DNA of 53,171 nt from Gammaproteobacteria bacterium (GCA_003696905.1 RFHJ01000056.1:1-53171); one strand, 5' to 3'. Counted from the first letter of the stretch, positions 18,777-29,668 are shown. Numbers and translations: made by a program. The notes: a model not told the origin generated them from the sequence alone.

Positions 18777-20642
18777 ATGTTCGATCGTCTCTCATTCAAG
18801 ACCCAACTCCAGCTGGTCAGCGTCACCGGCCTGCTGATTCTCGCCATCGCCTTCTGGGCCAACCAGACCGCCATCGTAGACACCCTGGAGCAACACGCGC
18901 AACAGCGTGAAATCGCCCGCACCCAGAAACTGTGGCAGGAAACCCTGCGCAGCCACGTGGAGGCGCTCGCCGGCGAGAGCAAGTCCCTCACCCGCAATCG
19001 CGCCCTGATCAAGGCGCTGCAATCGGCAGAGCCGGCCGCGCTCGAAGAGGCGGCCACGCCGGTGTTCAACCGCCTTGCCGCCGGCCACATCGTGGACGGC
19101 CTCATCATCGCCGACAACGATGGCAAAGTGCTCTACCACTCGGCGGGCCAAATCGCCCCAGGCGTCGAGGACTTTCTCGGCAGCCTCGGCCGGGAACGCA
19201 AGCTGCGCCACGACCTGGGGCTGATCGACGACAAGCCCGTGCTGCTGGTCGGCTTCCCCCTCTATGCGCGTGGCAGGCCCGTCGGTTCGGGGGTCTATTA
19301 CTTACACCTGAACCACCCGGTCGGGGACCTGGCGAGCGACGGCCTCACGACCTACATCCTGTCCAGCGACCGCCAGCTCCTCTTCCGGTCCGACGAGAAA
19401 CAACCGCTCGATGCGGCCGCGCTGCCCGCGTTCGATGAGCCCATCATGGCGGAACAGGAACAGGGCGAACAGGTGCGCGGCCTGTTGCTGTTGCCGCAGA
19501 AGAACGCCGCCGGCGAGCTGCTGGCAACCGTGGTGTTCAGCGAGGACGTCACCTCGGAAGAGGCCGCCATCGAGGGGGCCTTGTGGCTCGAACGCGGCAT
19601 CGCCCTGCTGGTGCTGGTCGCCGCGGCCCTGATCATCACCTGGCAGATGCGGCGTATCTTCCGTCCCCTGGACAAGGCGTTGCAGGTGGTCAATGCCATC
19701 GCCGAGGGCGATCTTTCCCAGGAGATCCGCTGCGACTCGCAAAACGAGATCGCACAGATGCTCCAGGGCATGGCGCGCATGCGCGACCAGCTGCGCCACG
19801 TGGTGCGCTCCCTGATCGAGGGCAGCCAGGCCCTGAACACGGTGGCCACCGAGGCCACCCACATCGCGGTGGAGACCAACGAGGGGGCCGCCCGACAGAT
19901 GAGTGAGAGCCAGAGCGTGGCGACCGCCATGACCGAGATGGCCAGTACCGTCGGCGAGGTCTCCGAAAGCGCGGCACGCGCGGCCGCGGCGGCCGAAGAG
20001 GCCCGGCAGAAGAGCACCACCGGGGCCAGCGTCATGGGCGAGGTCCAGGCGACGATTGGCAGCCTCTCGGACAAGGTACGCAACGGGGCCGAGGCGATTC
20101 GCGCCGTGGAACAGGAGTCGGAGGCCATCGGCCAGATCCTCGATGTCATTCGGGGCATCGCCGAACAGACCAACCTGCTCGCCCTCAACGCCGCCATCGA
20201 GGCCGCGCGCGCCGGCGAACAGGGGCGCGGCTTCGCGGTGGTGGCCGACGAGGTGCGCACCCTGGCCAGCCGCACCCAGGAATCGACCACCGAGATCCAG
20301 GCCCTGATCGAACGCCTGCAACAGGGCACCCAGCAGGCGGTCACCGTGATGGACGAGAGCCAGTCCGAGGCGGATCGCTCCGTCCAGCAGGCCCACACCA
20401 GCGGCGAGATGATCGAGGCGATCAGAGCGGCGGTGGAGCAGATCTCGGAGATGAACACCCAGATCGCCACCGCGGCGGAAGAGCAGCGGGCCGTGGCCGA
20501 AGAGATCAACCGCTCGGTGGTGAACATCGCCTCGGTGGCGGAACACACCGCCGAGGGCGCGGAACGGACGCGCGAGTCCAACGAGAAGACCCGCGAACTG
20601 GCCGAAGAACTGAGCCGCCTGACCACCCACTTCCGCATATAG
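18777..20642 (+). CDS. Membrane-bound methyl-accepting chemotaxis protein (Cache-like sensor, HAMP)
   Basis: Two TM segments around a ~250-aa periplasmic domain, [38 protein letters not shown]. Confidence 0.95.
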   Translation: MFDRLSFKTQLQLVSVTGLLILAIAFWANQTAIVDTLEQHAQQREIARTQKLWQETLRSHVEALAGESKSLTRNRALIKALQSAEPAALEEAATPVFNRLAAGHIVDGLIIADNDGKVLYHSAGQIAPGVEDFLGSLGRERKLRHDLGLIDDKPVLLVGFPLYARGRPVGSGVYYLHLNHPVGDLASDGLTTYILSSDRQLLFRSDEKQPLDAAALPAFDEPIMAEQEQGEQVRGLLLLPQKNAAGELLATVVFSEDVTSEEAAIEGALWLERGIALLVLVAAALIITWQMRRIFRPLDKALQVVNAIAEGDLSQEIRCDSQNEIAQMLQGMARMRDQLRHVVRSLIEGSQALNTVATEATHIAVETNEGAARQMSESQSVATAMTEMASTVGEVSESAARAAAAAEEARQKSTTGASVMGEVQATIGSLSDKVRNGAEAIRAVEQESEAIGQILDVIRGIAEQTNLLALNAAIEAARAGEQGRGFAVVADEVRTLASRTQESTTEIQALIERLQQGTQQAVTVMDESQSEADRSVQQAHTSGEMIEAIRAAVEQISEMNTQIATAAEEQRAVAEEINRSVVNIASVAEHTAEGAERTRESNEKTRELAEELSRLTTHFRI

Positions 20643-20659
20643 GCGACAGGAGAGAGAAA

Positions 20660-21781
20660 ATGTTCTTCACCCGCTTCAAACAACAACTGGCAACAATGGA
20701 GCAGCTGGTGGCGGACAAGGAAGCCGAAAACACCGCATTGCGCGCGCAATGCGATCAACTGCAGGCGCTGCAGGGGGCGCTCGAACAGGAACTGGAAATC
20801 GAGCGCGAACGGGTACGACTGCTGCAGGACATGTTCTCCTGCCTCGATACCTTCGGCGAAAGCCTGAGCCTGCAACAGAAGACGCTGAGCGCCATGGCCT
20901 CCACCCTCAAGGAGGAAAAGGACGTGGCGGTGAACTCCGCCACCCAATCGTCGGCCGCGCAGCAACGTTCCAGCGGCATGGTCACCAGCCTGCAAGAGAT
21001 GGAGACCTTCATGAAGGAGACCGTGGAACGCATCGAGCAGCTGAATCAGCGCGCCGACGCGATCGGCAACATCGTCAATCTGATCAACGGCATCTCCGAA
21101 CAGACCAACCTGCTGGCGCTCAATGCCGCCATCGAGGCGGCGCGCGCCGGCGAGCAGGGACGCGGCTTCGCGGTGGTGGCCGACGAGGTGCGCAGTCTCT
21201 CCAAGAAGACCAGCGACGCCACCCAGGAGATATCCGAAGAGGTGACCCTGATCCAGGACGGCGCCCGTGACGTGGCCTCGCAGATCCACCAGCTCGCCGA
21301 GAACTCCAGCCAACTGACCGAGAGCGGAACCCAGATGGTGGCCGGCATGAGCACCCTGATCGACGCCGCCAACCGGATGGAACAGACCGTCTCGGCCGGC
21401 GCCTTGCGCAGCTTCGTCGAGGTGGCCAAGGTCGACCACCTGGTCTTCAAGTTCAACATCTACCGCCAGGTGACCGGACAGCAACCGGCCGACCCGGACT
21501 CGGTGGTCGAACACACCCTGTGCCGTCTCGGCAAGTGGTACTACGAGGGGGAGGGAGTCAGTTGTTTCTCGCGCCTGCCCGGCTACCGCGAGGTGGAAGA
21601 GCCGCACAAGGCGGTCCACGCCCACGGCCGGGCAGCGATCGAGGCCTACCTGGCAGAACAACCAGAGCAGGTACTCGAAGAACTGCGCCAGATGGAGGCG
21701 GCCAGCATGAGCGTGATCGAATCGCTGGAGCGCATCGCCGAATCGGCCGAACAGGAGCCGCAGATCATCTGCCATGCATAG
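20660..21781 (+). CDS. Soluble chemoreceptor with C-terminal CZB zinc-binding domain
   Basis: No TM segment; MCP hairpin tip motif; CZB ligands in [19 protein letters not shown] and EPHKAVH. Confidence 0.92.
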   Translation: MFFTRFKQQLATMEQLVADKEAENTALRAQCDQLQALQGALEQELEIERERVRLLQDMFSCLDTFGESLSLQQKTLSAMASTLKEEKDVAVNSATQSSAAQQRSSGMVTSLQEMETFMKETVERIEQLNQRADAIGNIVNLINGISEQTNLLALNAAIEAARAGEQGRGFAVVADEVRSLSKKTSDATQEISEEVTLIQDGARDVASQIHQLAENSSQLTESGTQMVAGMSTLIDAANRMEQTVSAGALRSFVEVAKVDHLVFKFNIYRQVTGQQPADPDSVVEHTLCRLGKWYYEGEGVSCFSRLPGYREVEEPHKAVHAHGRAAIEAYLAEQPEQVLEELRQMEAASMSVIESLERIAESAEQEPQIICHA

Positions 21782-21832
21782 GCCGAAGCGCATCGCACGG
21801 CCTGGAGACAAAACCGACAAGAGGACAGCCCC

Positions 21833-22816
21833 ATGACAGCCAGCTTCATCCAATCGGTGGACGAACGCACCCGCCTGGCCGGCGCGAACCGCCTCGAGAT
21901 ACTGCTTTTCTCGCTCGGCAAAGACCGCGCCACCGGCCGCGAAGAGACCTTCGGCGTCAACGTCTTCAAGGTGCGCGAAGTGATGCTGATACCGGAGATC
22001 ACCCGCGCGCCCGACATGCCCCCCGCGGTGGAGGGCATGGTGAGCCTGCGCGGCACCATGGTGCCGGTGATCAATCTGCAGAAGTTTTGCGGGGTGGACG
22101 CGGAGGAACCGCCGAACATCCTCGTGATCACCGAGTACAACAAGCACGTCCAGGGCTTCCTGGTTCACTCGGTGGACAACATCCAGCGCATCGCCTGGGA
22201 CGACGTCAAGGTGCCGCCGCCGATGATGGCCCAGCGGCACGGCGGCATGGTGACCGCGGTCACCGAGCTGTCCGACGGCCGCCTGGTGATGATCATGGAC
22301 GTCGAGATGGTATTGGCCAAGACCGCCGGATTCGGCGAGGACCCAGACCTGTTCGCCTCGCTGCAGCGCCTCGACGACGCCGACTACACGGTGTTGTTCG
22401 CCGACGACTCCTCGGTCGCGCGCGACCAGGTGACCCGTACCCTCGACGCCATGGGCGTGCACCACATCGCCTGTCAAAACGGCCGCGAGGCATGGGAACG
22501 CCTCGACGAGATTGCCCGCCACGCCGAGCAAAAGGGGCAGCGGATCACCGATCTGGTGCAATGCGTACTCACCGACGTCGAGATGCCGGAGATGGACGGC
22601 TACGTGCTCACCCGGCGCATCAAGGAAGATCCACGCTTCGCCGACCTGCCGGTATTGATGCATTCCTCGCTTTCCGCGGAGGCCAATCAGGAGCTGGGCA
22701 AGAACGTCGGCGCCGACGCCTATGTACCCAAGTTCGAGCCGGCCGAGCTGGCGGACAAGCTGCGGGAGGTACTCACCGCGTCCACAGTGGACAAAAATAT
22801 GGCACTCCATGCCTGA
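21833..22816 (+). CDS. cheV: Chemotaxis coupling protein CheV (CheW + receiver)
   Basis: RLAGANRLEILLF, FGVNVFKVREV, then receiver motifs FADDS, TDVEMPEMDG, HSSLS, KF. Confidence 0.93.
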   Translation: MTASFIQSVDERTRLAGANRLEILLFSLGKDRATGREETFGVNVFKVREVMLIPEITRAPDMPPAVEGMVSLRGTMVPVINLQKFCGVDAEEPPNILVITEYNKHVQGFLVHSVDNIQRIAWDDVKVPPPMMAQRHGGMVTAVTELSDGRLVMIMDVEMVLAKTAGFGEDPDLFASLQRLDDADYTVLFADDSSVARDQVTRTLDAMGVHHIACQNGREAWERLDEIARHAEQKGQRITDLVQCVLTDVEMPEMDGYVLTRRIKEDPRFADLPVLMHSSLSAEANQELGKNVGADAYVPKFEPAELADKLREVLTASTVDKNMALHA

Positions 22817-22827
22817 GGCACCCCCCG

Positions 22828-23715
22828 ATGCAGGCAAGCGACGACAGCATCGCCCGCCAAACGACCCCGCTCAGCTTCGAAAAGACGCAGGAACTGCTGC
22901 GCCACATGGTCATTCCCTCGGCACCGGCGGTGCTGCTGGAACTGCACGAGGCAATGCAGGCCGACGACCCGGACATCGGGCAGATCGCCGACGCCGTGGG
23001 ACGCGACGCCGGCATCGCCGCGATGGTCCTCAGAACGGTCAACTCCCCCTTCTTCGGACTGCGCCACAAGGTCGCCTCCATCCGTCAGGCAACCGCGCTG
23101 CTCGGCCTGCTCAACATCGGCAATATCGTCGCCGGCCTCGCCCTGCGCCGCGCCCTCGAGCACGGAGACGAGGAACCGCCACCCCATTTCTGGGAGTCGC
23201 CCGCCAACGTGGCGATGATCGCCGCCATGCTCGCCCAACGCTATGGCGGCATGCCACCGGACGAGGCCTACCTGCTCGGCCTGTTCCGTGACGCCGGAGA
23301 GGTAATCATGGCGCAACGCTTCCCCGATTACCCCGCCTTCCTGCGCGAGCTGCGCGAACAGGAAAGAGACCAGGTGGCCGAGGAGGAACGCCGCTACGCC
23401 ACCAACCATGCGCAGATCAGTTATATTGTCTCCACGCGCTGGGGACTGCCGCGCCATGTCAGGGACATCATCCTGCGCCATCACGAGGCGGAGGACTTTC
23501 TTCGGGAAGACGGCGGCGTGTCCAGCGAACCACGCACCCTGATGGCGGTCCTCAAGATGGCCGAGCACATCGATGCCGTTTTCTGGGGGAGAAAGGAGGA
23601 CGCGGAATGGGAACGAATCGCTGCCACCACCCTGAACTATCTGGGCGTCAGCTCACTCGAGTTTCTGGACGTCACGGAAGACATGGTCGACCTGCTCATC
23701 GCAGGCCAGGGCTAG
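22828..23715 (+). CDS. HDOD domain protein
   Basis: IPSAPAVL, DAGIAAMVLRTVNSPFFGL, SIRQA..LLG, AYLLGLFRDAG, NHAQIS, WGLP. Confidence 0.88.
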   Translation: MQASDDSIARQTTPLSFEKTQELLRHMVIPSAPAVLLELHEAMQADDPDIGQIADAVGRDAGIAAMVLRTVNSPFFGLRHKVASIRQATALLGLLNIGNIVAGLALRRALEHGDEEPPPHFWESPANVAMIAAMLAQRYGGMPPDEAYLLGLFRDAGEVIMAQRFPDYPAFLRELREQERDQVAEEERRYATNHAQISYIVSTRWGLPRHVRDIILRHHEAEDFLREDGGVSSEPRTLMAVLKMAEHIDAVFWGRKEDAEWERIAATTLNYLGVSSLEFLDVTEDMVDLLIAGQG

Positions 23716-23749
23716 TGTTTCGCCCGGCCGGCCGCGGGAGGGAAGGGCC

Positions 23750-24757
23750 ATGAGAGGGCTCGCCTGGCCGCCCCTCTCCCCGCTGCGCCACCGGGCCTGC
23801 CGGCTGCTCGCCACGCTGTTGCTGGGGGGCTGCACCATGGCCTGGGCGGGACTCGACGCGCCGGGACACGAGGCCGGGGTGCTCACCGACGGTGTGGCCT
23901 TTTCTCCGCCGCCCGCCGACCGCGGTCCGGTCGAGGTGCCGCCGGTGCGCCGCCCCGAGGGGGTGGATCTGGCGATCTCCCTGGATCAGCAGATCTACGA
24001 CATGCTGGCGGAAGACCTGCGCGATTACGCCGACACGCATCGACTGCGCGTCGCCCTGCAACGCGGCACCTGCGGCCAATCCTTTGCCGGGCTGCGCGAC
24101 CACCGCATCGACATCGGCGGCTTCTGCTGTCCCCCGGGGCCTGAAGACCGGCTGCCCGGCGTGCGTTTCCACACCCTCGGTATAGCCTCCCTCGCCATCG
24201 TCACCCACCCCCGATCTCCGCTCGGCGACCTGCCTCGGTCGCGACTGCAGGCGATCATGGCCGGCACGCTGCGACAGCTGCCCTTGGGAGCAGACGGCGC
24301 GCCGGTCACCCTCTTTCCCGTGGTCCGCCTGCACTGCGCCTCCCGCCCGGGTCACTGGCGCCTCATCCTGCCGGAGGAAGAACAGTTTTTTCCCCTCGCC
24401 ACCCCGGTTGCCGGCATCGGCGAAATGTTGCGAAACGTGGGCCGTTACCTCGGCGCCATCGGCTACGAGACTCTCTATTGGATCGACAAGGAGGCCCCCG
24501 ACCTCAAGATACTCACCATCGATGGCCTGTCACCGCGTGACCGCAGGGCCCTGCTGCACGGCAGCTACCCCTACTACCGGGTATTCAACCTGACCACCTG
24601 GACCGGGGCGGCGGCCGATCCGCGCGCCCAGGAACTCGTCGCCTGGTTGATGCAGCGCTTCGCGGCACGGGCGTCCGCCGCGGGCGCGGTGCCCGCCGCC
24701 GAGCTGCGCGCGGCCGGCTGGCGCTTCGCCGACGATGAACTGGTGGGACCGCCCTGA
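23750..24757 (+). CDS. Periplasmic binding protein-like (PstS/PBP2 fold), Cys-rich, possible lipoprotein
   Basis: Signal or lipobox LLLGGC; PstS-like segments IDIGG, LAIVTHP..PL, GAIGYE, LKILTIDG, YPYYR; extra motifs GTCG, GFCCPP, RLHC..RPGHW. Confidence 0.72.
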   Translation: MRGLAWPPLSPLRHRACRLLATLLLGGCTMAWAGLDAPGHEAGVLTDGVAFSPPPADRGPVEVPPVRRPEGVDLAISLDQQIYDMLAEDLRDYADTHRLRVALQRGTCGQSFAGLRDHRIDIGGFCCPPGPEDRLPGVRFHTLGIASLAIVTHPRSPLGDLPRSRLQAIMAGTLRQLPLGADGAPVTLFPVVRLHCASRPGHWRLILPEEEQFFPLATPVAGIGEMLRNVGRYLGAIGYETLYWIDKEAPDLKILTIDGLSPRDRRALLHGSYPYYRVFNLTTWTGAAADPRAQELVAWLMQRFAARASAAGAVPAAELRAAGWRFADDELVGPP

Positions 24758-27453
24758 TGCGTCGCCTGGCCACCAAACTGACCCGCTTCCCGTTGAGTCT
24801 CCTGCTGGCGGGCGGCGCCCTGCTGGCGGGGCTGGGACTGGGTGGGGCCTTCGAACAATACCAACGTCCCCGGCTCCAGGAGACGTTCGAGCAGCAGCTG
24901 CTGGCGCGCCAGCGGCACACCCTGGAGGTGGCCGAGACCCTGTTCCATTCCCACGTGCGGATGCTGCAACGCCTGCTCCGCGTCAGCGCGGCGCGAACCG
25001 CGGTGCGCGAGGCGCTGCGACGGCCGCGAGGCGCAACCGGTTCCGGGCGCTTCCCCGCCTGGATGCCGCCGATCGACTACTGGCGCGGCCTGATGTTTCC
25101 CGACTGCTTCGTCCTCATCGGCGGCGGGGGTGCGGATGTCCGCACCGTCCTCCTCGACCCCGCCGAGCGATGCCCGCGCACGGGTTTCGCCACGACCGGA
25201 CGCCGGGACCATGTGCGGCTCTTCAACCCCACTCCGGACGAGGCATGGCTGCTGGTGGACGTTCCCGTGGCGCCCGGCACGATGGAATCGCCCGCCCGGC
25301 TGGGACTGGGCGTTCACCTGGACGCCGCCTTCCTGCAGACCCTGCTGGGCGAGGTACTACCGCCCGAGGCGGCCCTGGTGCTGGTGACCGACCCGGGGGA
25401 CGGCACCCGCGTGGTGGCCTCGACCCATCTGGACATCACCCCCGGCACCGCCCTGGCGAGACCGCCCAACCGCTACCTCGCCTCGCCGCCCGACTTTCTC
25501 GACGAGGGGGCCTGGGACGATATCATCGGTTTCAGCGTGTGGCTGCGCCGGGACGCCCTGGGAACCTTGCAGCAGGACGTGCTGGAGATCGCCGCGCAGC
25601 AACGCCTGGTGATGGCGTTGAGCTATTCGCTGCTGTTGTTGTTGCTCGCCGCCTGGCTGGGACGCCGGGTGTCGCAGATGCGCGCGGCGATTCGGGCCTT
25701 TTCCCGTTCACTCGGCCTGGAGCCGGAACGCCAGCCCATGCGGAACGTCATCACCCTGGCCGGAATGGAGCTGGAACGCCTCTTCGAAGGCGTCCATTCG
25801 ACCCTGAACGCCCGTGCCCTGGCGCAACAGGTGGAGCTCGGACGGCGCCAGAACGAATTGCTGGAATCGATGGCCGGCCAGCTGGGGATAGGGCTGCTGG
25901 CGGTGCCGGCGACCCCCGAGGCGCTAGCCGAGCCGCTGAACCCCACCATGCGCCAATACCTGGCGGAACTGCCGGCCGATGCGGCCGCTACGCTCGTGCG
26001 TGCTGGAGAAGGGCCGGTGATCCTGCGTGACAACCAGGCCGAGCGGCGGGTGTTCGAGCTCATCCCCCTGCGCGGCGTCCAGGTCGAAGAGCGGAACGTC
26101 CTGCTCGTGCGCGACGTCACCACCAGCTATCGCCAACAGGAACAGCTACGTCATCTCGCCACGCGCGATGCGCTCACCGGACTACCCAACCGCCAGTTGC
26201 TGCACGACCGGGTGCGGATGCTGATCAGCAGCGCGGAGCGGCACGGCCACCATTTCGGCCTGCTGTTGTTCGACATCAACGATTTCAAGTCGATCAACGA
26301 TCACTTCGGCCACAGCGTCGGCGACCAGGCGCTGGTCCAGGTGGCCCAAGCGGTTTCCGGGCAATTGCGTCAGCAGGATACCCTGGCACGCCTGGGGGGC
26401 GACGAATTCGTCATCGTGCTGCCCGACACCGACCCGGACGGTGCGCGACGCCTGGCGCACAAGCTGCTCGCCTACCAGAAACACCACCCCTTCCGGATCG
26501 GTGAAACCCCCTATGAACTCAGTTTCAGCATCGGCGGCTGTCATTGGCCTGGCTGCGGACGCGACCTGGAGGAATTGCTCTCCAACGCCGACATCGCGAT
26601 GTACCATGCCAAGCGTCACCGCCTCGGTTACGCCGCCTTCACCCCCGAGATGCGTCAGGGAGATGCGCGGCGTCTCCAGTTCCTCACCTGTCTGCGCGAG
26701 GCCCTCGACGCCGAGACCATCGATCTGGTCTATCAACCCCAGCTGGACGCGGTGACCGGCGACATCCATGGCTGGGAGGCCCTCGCGCGCTGGCGACACC
26801 CCGATCTTGGCGAGATACCGCCGAGCGAATTCATCCCCCTGGCGGAGCAGGCCGGCCTCATCGGCGATCTCACCCGGCTGGTCACCCGCCGGGCGGTGCG
26901 CGACTGTGCCGCCTGGCGCCGGGCAGGGATCGCCGGCGGGGTGGCCATCAACCTCTCCACCCTGGATTTCCGCGACGACCGCCTGATCGCCATCATCGAT
27001 GATGCCATCGCCCAGGCCTCGCTGGAGCCCCCGCTCGTGACCCTGGAGATCACCGAGAGCCTCCTGATGGAAGAACCGATGGCAGCGGCGCGACTGCTCA
27101 ACACCCTCGACGAGGCTGGCTACTGGACCGCGATCGACGACTTCGGCACCGGCTACTCCTCGCTGGCCTACCTGCAGCATCTGCCGGTCCACGAACTGAA
27201 GATCGACCGTACCTTCATCGCCGCCGCCGAAAAGGACACGGCAAGCCGCCGCATCGTCGAGAGCCTGCTCGCACTGGCCGATTCGCTGCATCTGAACGTG
27301 GTTGCGGAGGGCGTGGAAGACCACGAAACGGCACAATGGCTGGCGCGCCAGGGTTGCGAATACCTGCAAGGCTACTGGATCGCGCGTCCCATGCCCCTTG
27401 CCCAAGTCCTGGAATGGAAGCCGCCGAGCAGCCAGTCATTGCAGGCCCGGTAG
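24757..27453 (+). CDS. Membrane-anchored diguanylate cyclase/phosphodiesterase (GGDEF-EAL)
   Basis: Two TM segments, DALTGLPNR, RQQD I-site, GGDEF, EAL, DDFGTGYSSL, LKID, EGVE; TGATG overlap with the upstream gene. Confidence 0.95.
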   Translation: MRRLATKLTRFPLSLLLAGGALLAGLGLGGAFEQYQRPRLQETFEQQLLARQRHTLEVAETLFHSHVRMLQRLLRVSAARTAVREALRRPRGATGSGRFPAWMPPIDYWRGLMFPDCFVLIGGGGADVRTVLLDPAERCPRTGFATTGRRDHVRLFNPTPDEAWLLVDVPVAPGTMESPARLGLGVHLDAAFLQTLLGEVLPPEAALVLVTDPGDGTRVVASTHLDITPGTALARPPNRYLASPPDFLDEGAWDDIIGFSVWLRRDALGTLQQDVLEIAAQQRLVMALSYSLLLLLLAAWLGRRVSQMRAAIRAFSRSLGLEPERQPMRNVITLAGMELERLFEGVHSTLNARALAQQVELGRRQNELLESMAGQLGIGLLAVPATPEALAEPLNPTMRQYLAELPADAAATLVRAGEGPVILRDNQAERRVFELIPLRGVQVEERNVLLVRDVTTSYRQQEQLRHLATRDALTGLPNRQLLHDRVRMLISSAERHGHHFGLLLFDINDFKSINDHFGHSVGDQALVQVAQAVSGQLRQQDTLARLGGDEFVIVLPDTDPDGARRLAHKLLAYQKHHPFRIGETPYELSFSIGGCHWPGCGRDLEELLSNADIAMYHAKRHRLGYAAFTPEMRQGDARRLQFLTCLREALDAETIDLVYQPQLDAVTGDIHGWEALARWRHPDLGEIPPSEFIPLAEQAGLIGDLTRLVTRRAVRDCAAWRRAGIAGGVAINLSTLDFRDDRLIAIIDDAIAQASLEPPLVTLEITESLLMEEPMAAARLLNTLDEAGYWTAIDDFGTGYSSLAYLQHLPVHELKIDRTFIAAAEKDTASRRIVESLLALADSLHLNVVAEGVEDHETAQWLARQGCEYLQGYWIARPMPLAQVLEWKPPSSQSLQAR

Positions 27454-27691
27454 GCATCCGGCAAGGGCGGCGGATGCTCCGTGGGCGCGACACGGGCAGC
27501 CAATGCCGCCTCTCACGCCGGCATTGCCCCGGAGTCGGCATCGTTTCCGAGCAGCTTTGGTGGTGTCGAACGACGCCGCCCCTTGATGTCAGCCGGCCAA
27601 TGGGATGAGGTCACCCTGAGCGAAAGGGGCGGGCACTTGACCCCCTGCGCCAACCCCCGGACAATCGCGCTCCCTCGTCACGGAACCGGCC

Positions 27692-28282
27692 ATGTCCGAC
27701 TATCTGCTCATCGCTGGCGCCTACCTGCTGGGCTCGGTCTCCAGCGCCATCATCGTCTGCCGCCTGCTCGGCCTGCCCGACCCCCGTACCCAGGGATCCG
27801 GCAACCCCGGCGCGACCAACGTATTGCGTATCGGCGGCAGGAAGGCGGCCGCCATCACCCTGCTGGGCGATTCGCTCAAGGGGCTGGCACCGGTGCTGGT
27901 GGCGCACTGGCTGGTAGTCTCTCCCCTGCTGTTGGCGCTCACTGGCTTGGCGGCCTTCCTCGGCCACCTCTATCCCATCTTCTTCGGCTTCAAGGGCGGC
28001 AAGGGGGTGGCCACTGCCCTGGGTGTGCAGTTCGGTCTCTACTGGCCCATTGGACTGAGCATTGCGCTGATCTGGCTGTTCGTGGCCAAGATATTGCGCA
28101 TCTCGTCCCTCGCTGCGCTGATCTCACAGGGGCTGGCGCCCCTGGTCGTCTGGTGGTTCTGGCCAGCGCCGGAGCTGGTGGCGATGCAGGTCGTCATGAC
28201 CCTGTTGCTGATCTGGCGCCATCGCAGCAACATCCGCAATCTGCTTTCGGGCAAGGAAGATACGATCGGCAGCGGCGGTTGA
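27692..28282 (+). CDS. plsY: Glycerol-3-phosphate acyltransferase PlsY
   Basis: AYLLGS, GSGNPGATNVLR, GHLYPIFFGFKGGKGVAT, RHRSNI. Confidence 0.96.
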   Translation: MSDYLLIAGAYLLGSVSSAIIVCRLLGLPDPRTQGSGNPGATNVLRIGGRKAAAITLLGDSLKGLAPVLVAHWLVVSPLLLALTGLAAFLGHLYPIFFGFKGGKGVATALGVQFGLYWPIGLSIALIWLFVAKILRISSLAALISQGLAPLVVWWFWPAPELVAMQVVMTLLLIWRHRSNIRNLLSGKEDTIGSGG

Positions 28283-29326
28283 TCAGGTATCGCCCAGCGC
28301 CGGCAGGGTGGTCATATCCCACCGCGGATGAATATCGAAGGCCGCCGGCTCGCACTGCCCGGTGCGCAGCCGCTGCCAGCCCGCATAGGCGATCATGGCC
28401 CCATTGTCCGTACAGAACGCCGGACGGGGATAATAGGCCCGACCACCGCTCGCCTTCAGCATTTCGGCGACCGCCTGGCGCAGGCGCCGGTTGGCGCTGA
28501 CCCCACCGGCCAGCACCAGCGCACGCGCGCCGGTCTGCTGCAGCGCGCGCCGGCACTTGATCAGCAGGGTGTCGACCACGGCGTCCTCGAAGGCCCGCGC
28601 GATGTCGGCACGCAGACGCATCTGCTCTGCCCCCGTCAGACCCTGTCGCTCCTGCTGCCAGGTGGTGAGCGCATAGGTCTTGAGGCCGGAAAAGCTGAAA
28701 TCGAGCCCCGGCCGGTCGGTCATGGGCCGGGGGAATCGGAAACGCCGGGGGTCGCCCTGCTCGGCCAGACGGGCCAGGGCCGGGCCACCAGGGTAGCCAA
28801 GGCCCAACAGCTTGGCGGTCTTGTCGAAGGCCTCGCCGGCCGCATCGTCCACCGATTCGCCCAGCAGGCGGTAGCGCCCTACCCCCTCTACCTGCACCAA
28901 TTGGGTGTGTCCACCGGAAACCAGGAGTGCGACGAAAGGGAAATCCGGTCGCTCGGGCTCCAGCATGGGTGCCAACAGATGCCCCTCCATATGGTGGACC
29001 CCCACCGCCGGCACCCCCCAGCCCCAGGCAAGGCTACGCCCGAAGGCAGCGCCCACCAGCAAGGCGCCCGCCAGCCCCGGGCCGGCGGTATAGGCCACCC
29101 CCTGGATATCACCCGCGCCAATACCGGCCCGATCCAGCAGGTCGGCAACCATCGGCGCGAGCTTGCGCACATGATCGCGCGAGGCCAGTTCGGGTACCAC
29201 GCCCCCATAGGCGGCATGCAGGGCCACCTGGCTAAAGACTGCATGCGCGACCAGGCCCCTTTCCCCGTGATAGAGCGCCACCCCCGTCTCGTCACAGGAG
29301 GTTTCGATCCCCAATACCTGCACCAC
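28283..29326 (-). CDS. tsaD: tRNA N6-adenosine threonylcarbamoyltransferase
   Basis: [50 protein letters not shown]; start is GTG at 29326 or 29323. Confidence 0.96.
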   Translation of the reverse strand: MVQVLGIETSCDETGVALYHGERGLVAHAVFSQVALHAAYGGVVPELASRDHVRKLAPMVADLLDRAGIGAGDIQGVAYTAGPGLAGALLVGAAFGRSLAWGWGVPAVGVHHMEGHLLAPMLEPERPDFPFVALLVSGGHTQLVQVEGVGRYRLLGESVDDAAGEAFDKTAKLLGLGYPGGPALARLAEQGDPRRFRFPRPMTDRPGLDFSFSGLKTYALTTWQQERQGLTGAEQMRLRADIARAFEDAVVDTLLIKCRRALQQTGARALVLAGGVSANRRLRQAVAEMLKASGGRAYYPRPAFCTDNGAMIAYAGWQRLRTGQCEPAAFDIHPRWDMTTLPALGDT

Positions 29327-29447
29327 TGAATCCCGTCTTTGCATTTCTCGATGACTGGCAGTAGAATTCTGCGCCTTTCCGCCAGCCCGCCTCTTGGGCG
29401 AGTGGATCAAACCGACAGTCTACCGGGTTCAGGGCCCAGAGGAAGCA

Positions 29448-29663
29448 ATGCCACACGTCCGTGTAAAAGAGAACGAACCGTTTGAAGTCGCGCTGCGCCG
29501 TTTCAAGCGCTCCTGCGAGAAGGCCGGTATCCTGGCCGAAGTGCGTCGCCGCGAGTATTACGAAAAGCCCACCTGGGAGCGCAAGCGCAAGGCCGCCGCT
29601 GCCGTCAAGCGCTGGCAGAAGAAGATCGCCCGCGAATCTCGCAAGTTCGACCGTCCCTACTGA
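29448..29663 (+). CDS. rpsU: 30S ribosomal protein S21
   Basis: [27 protein letters not shown]...EKPT. Confidence 0.97.
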   Translation: MPHVRVKENEPFEVALRRFKRSCEKAGILAEVRRREYYEKPTWERKRKAAAAVKRWQKKIARESRKFDRPY

Positions 29664-29668
29664 ACAGC

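Noticed and set aside
20160-21195. Near-identical DNA at about 20160-20260 and 21095-21195
   Set aside because: Encodes the conserved MCP hairpin tip in both receptors; not a mobile repeat
21520-22827. N-terminal 436 aa of the 731-aa ORF
   Set aside because: Out-of-frame overlap with the CZB-MCP and cheV; the HDOD protein most likely starts at 22828
19352-22837. 1161-aa minus-strand ORF, and similar long antisense ORFs (for example 31860-33734, 596-2005, 50262-51692)
   Set aside because: Shadow frames of well-supported genes in high-GC DNA, with no motifs of their own
27454-27691. GC-rich hairpins at the right edge of the signalling cluster as an att site or MITE
   Set aside because: I found no TIR/TSD pair and no matching repeat at the left edge (18091-18314); at most weak terminators
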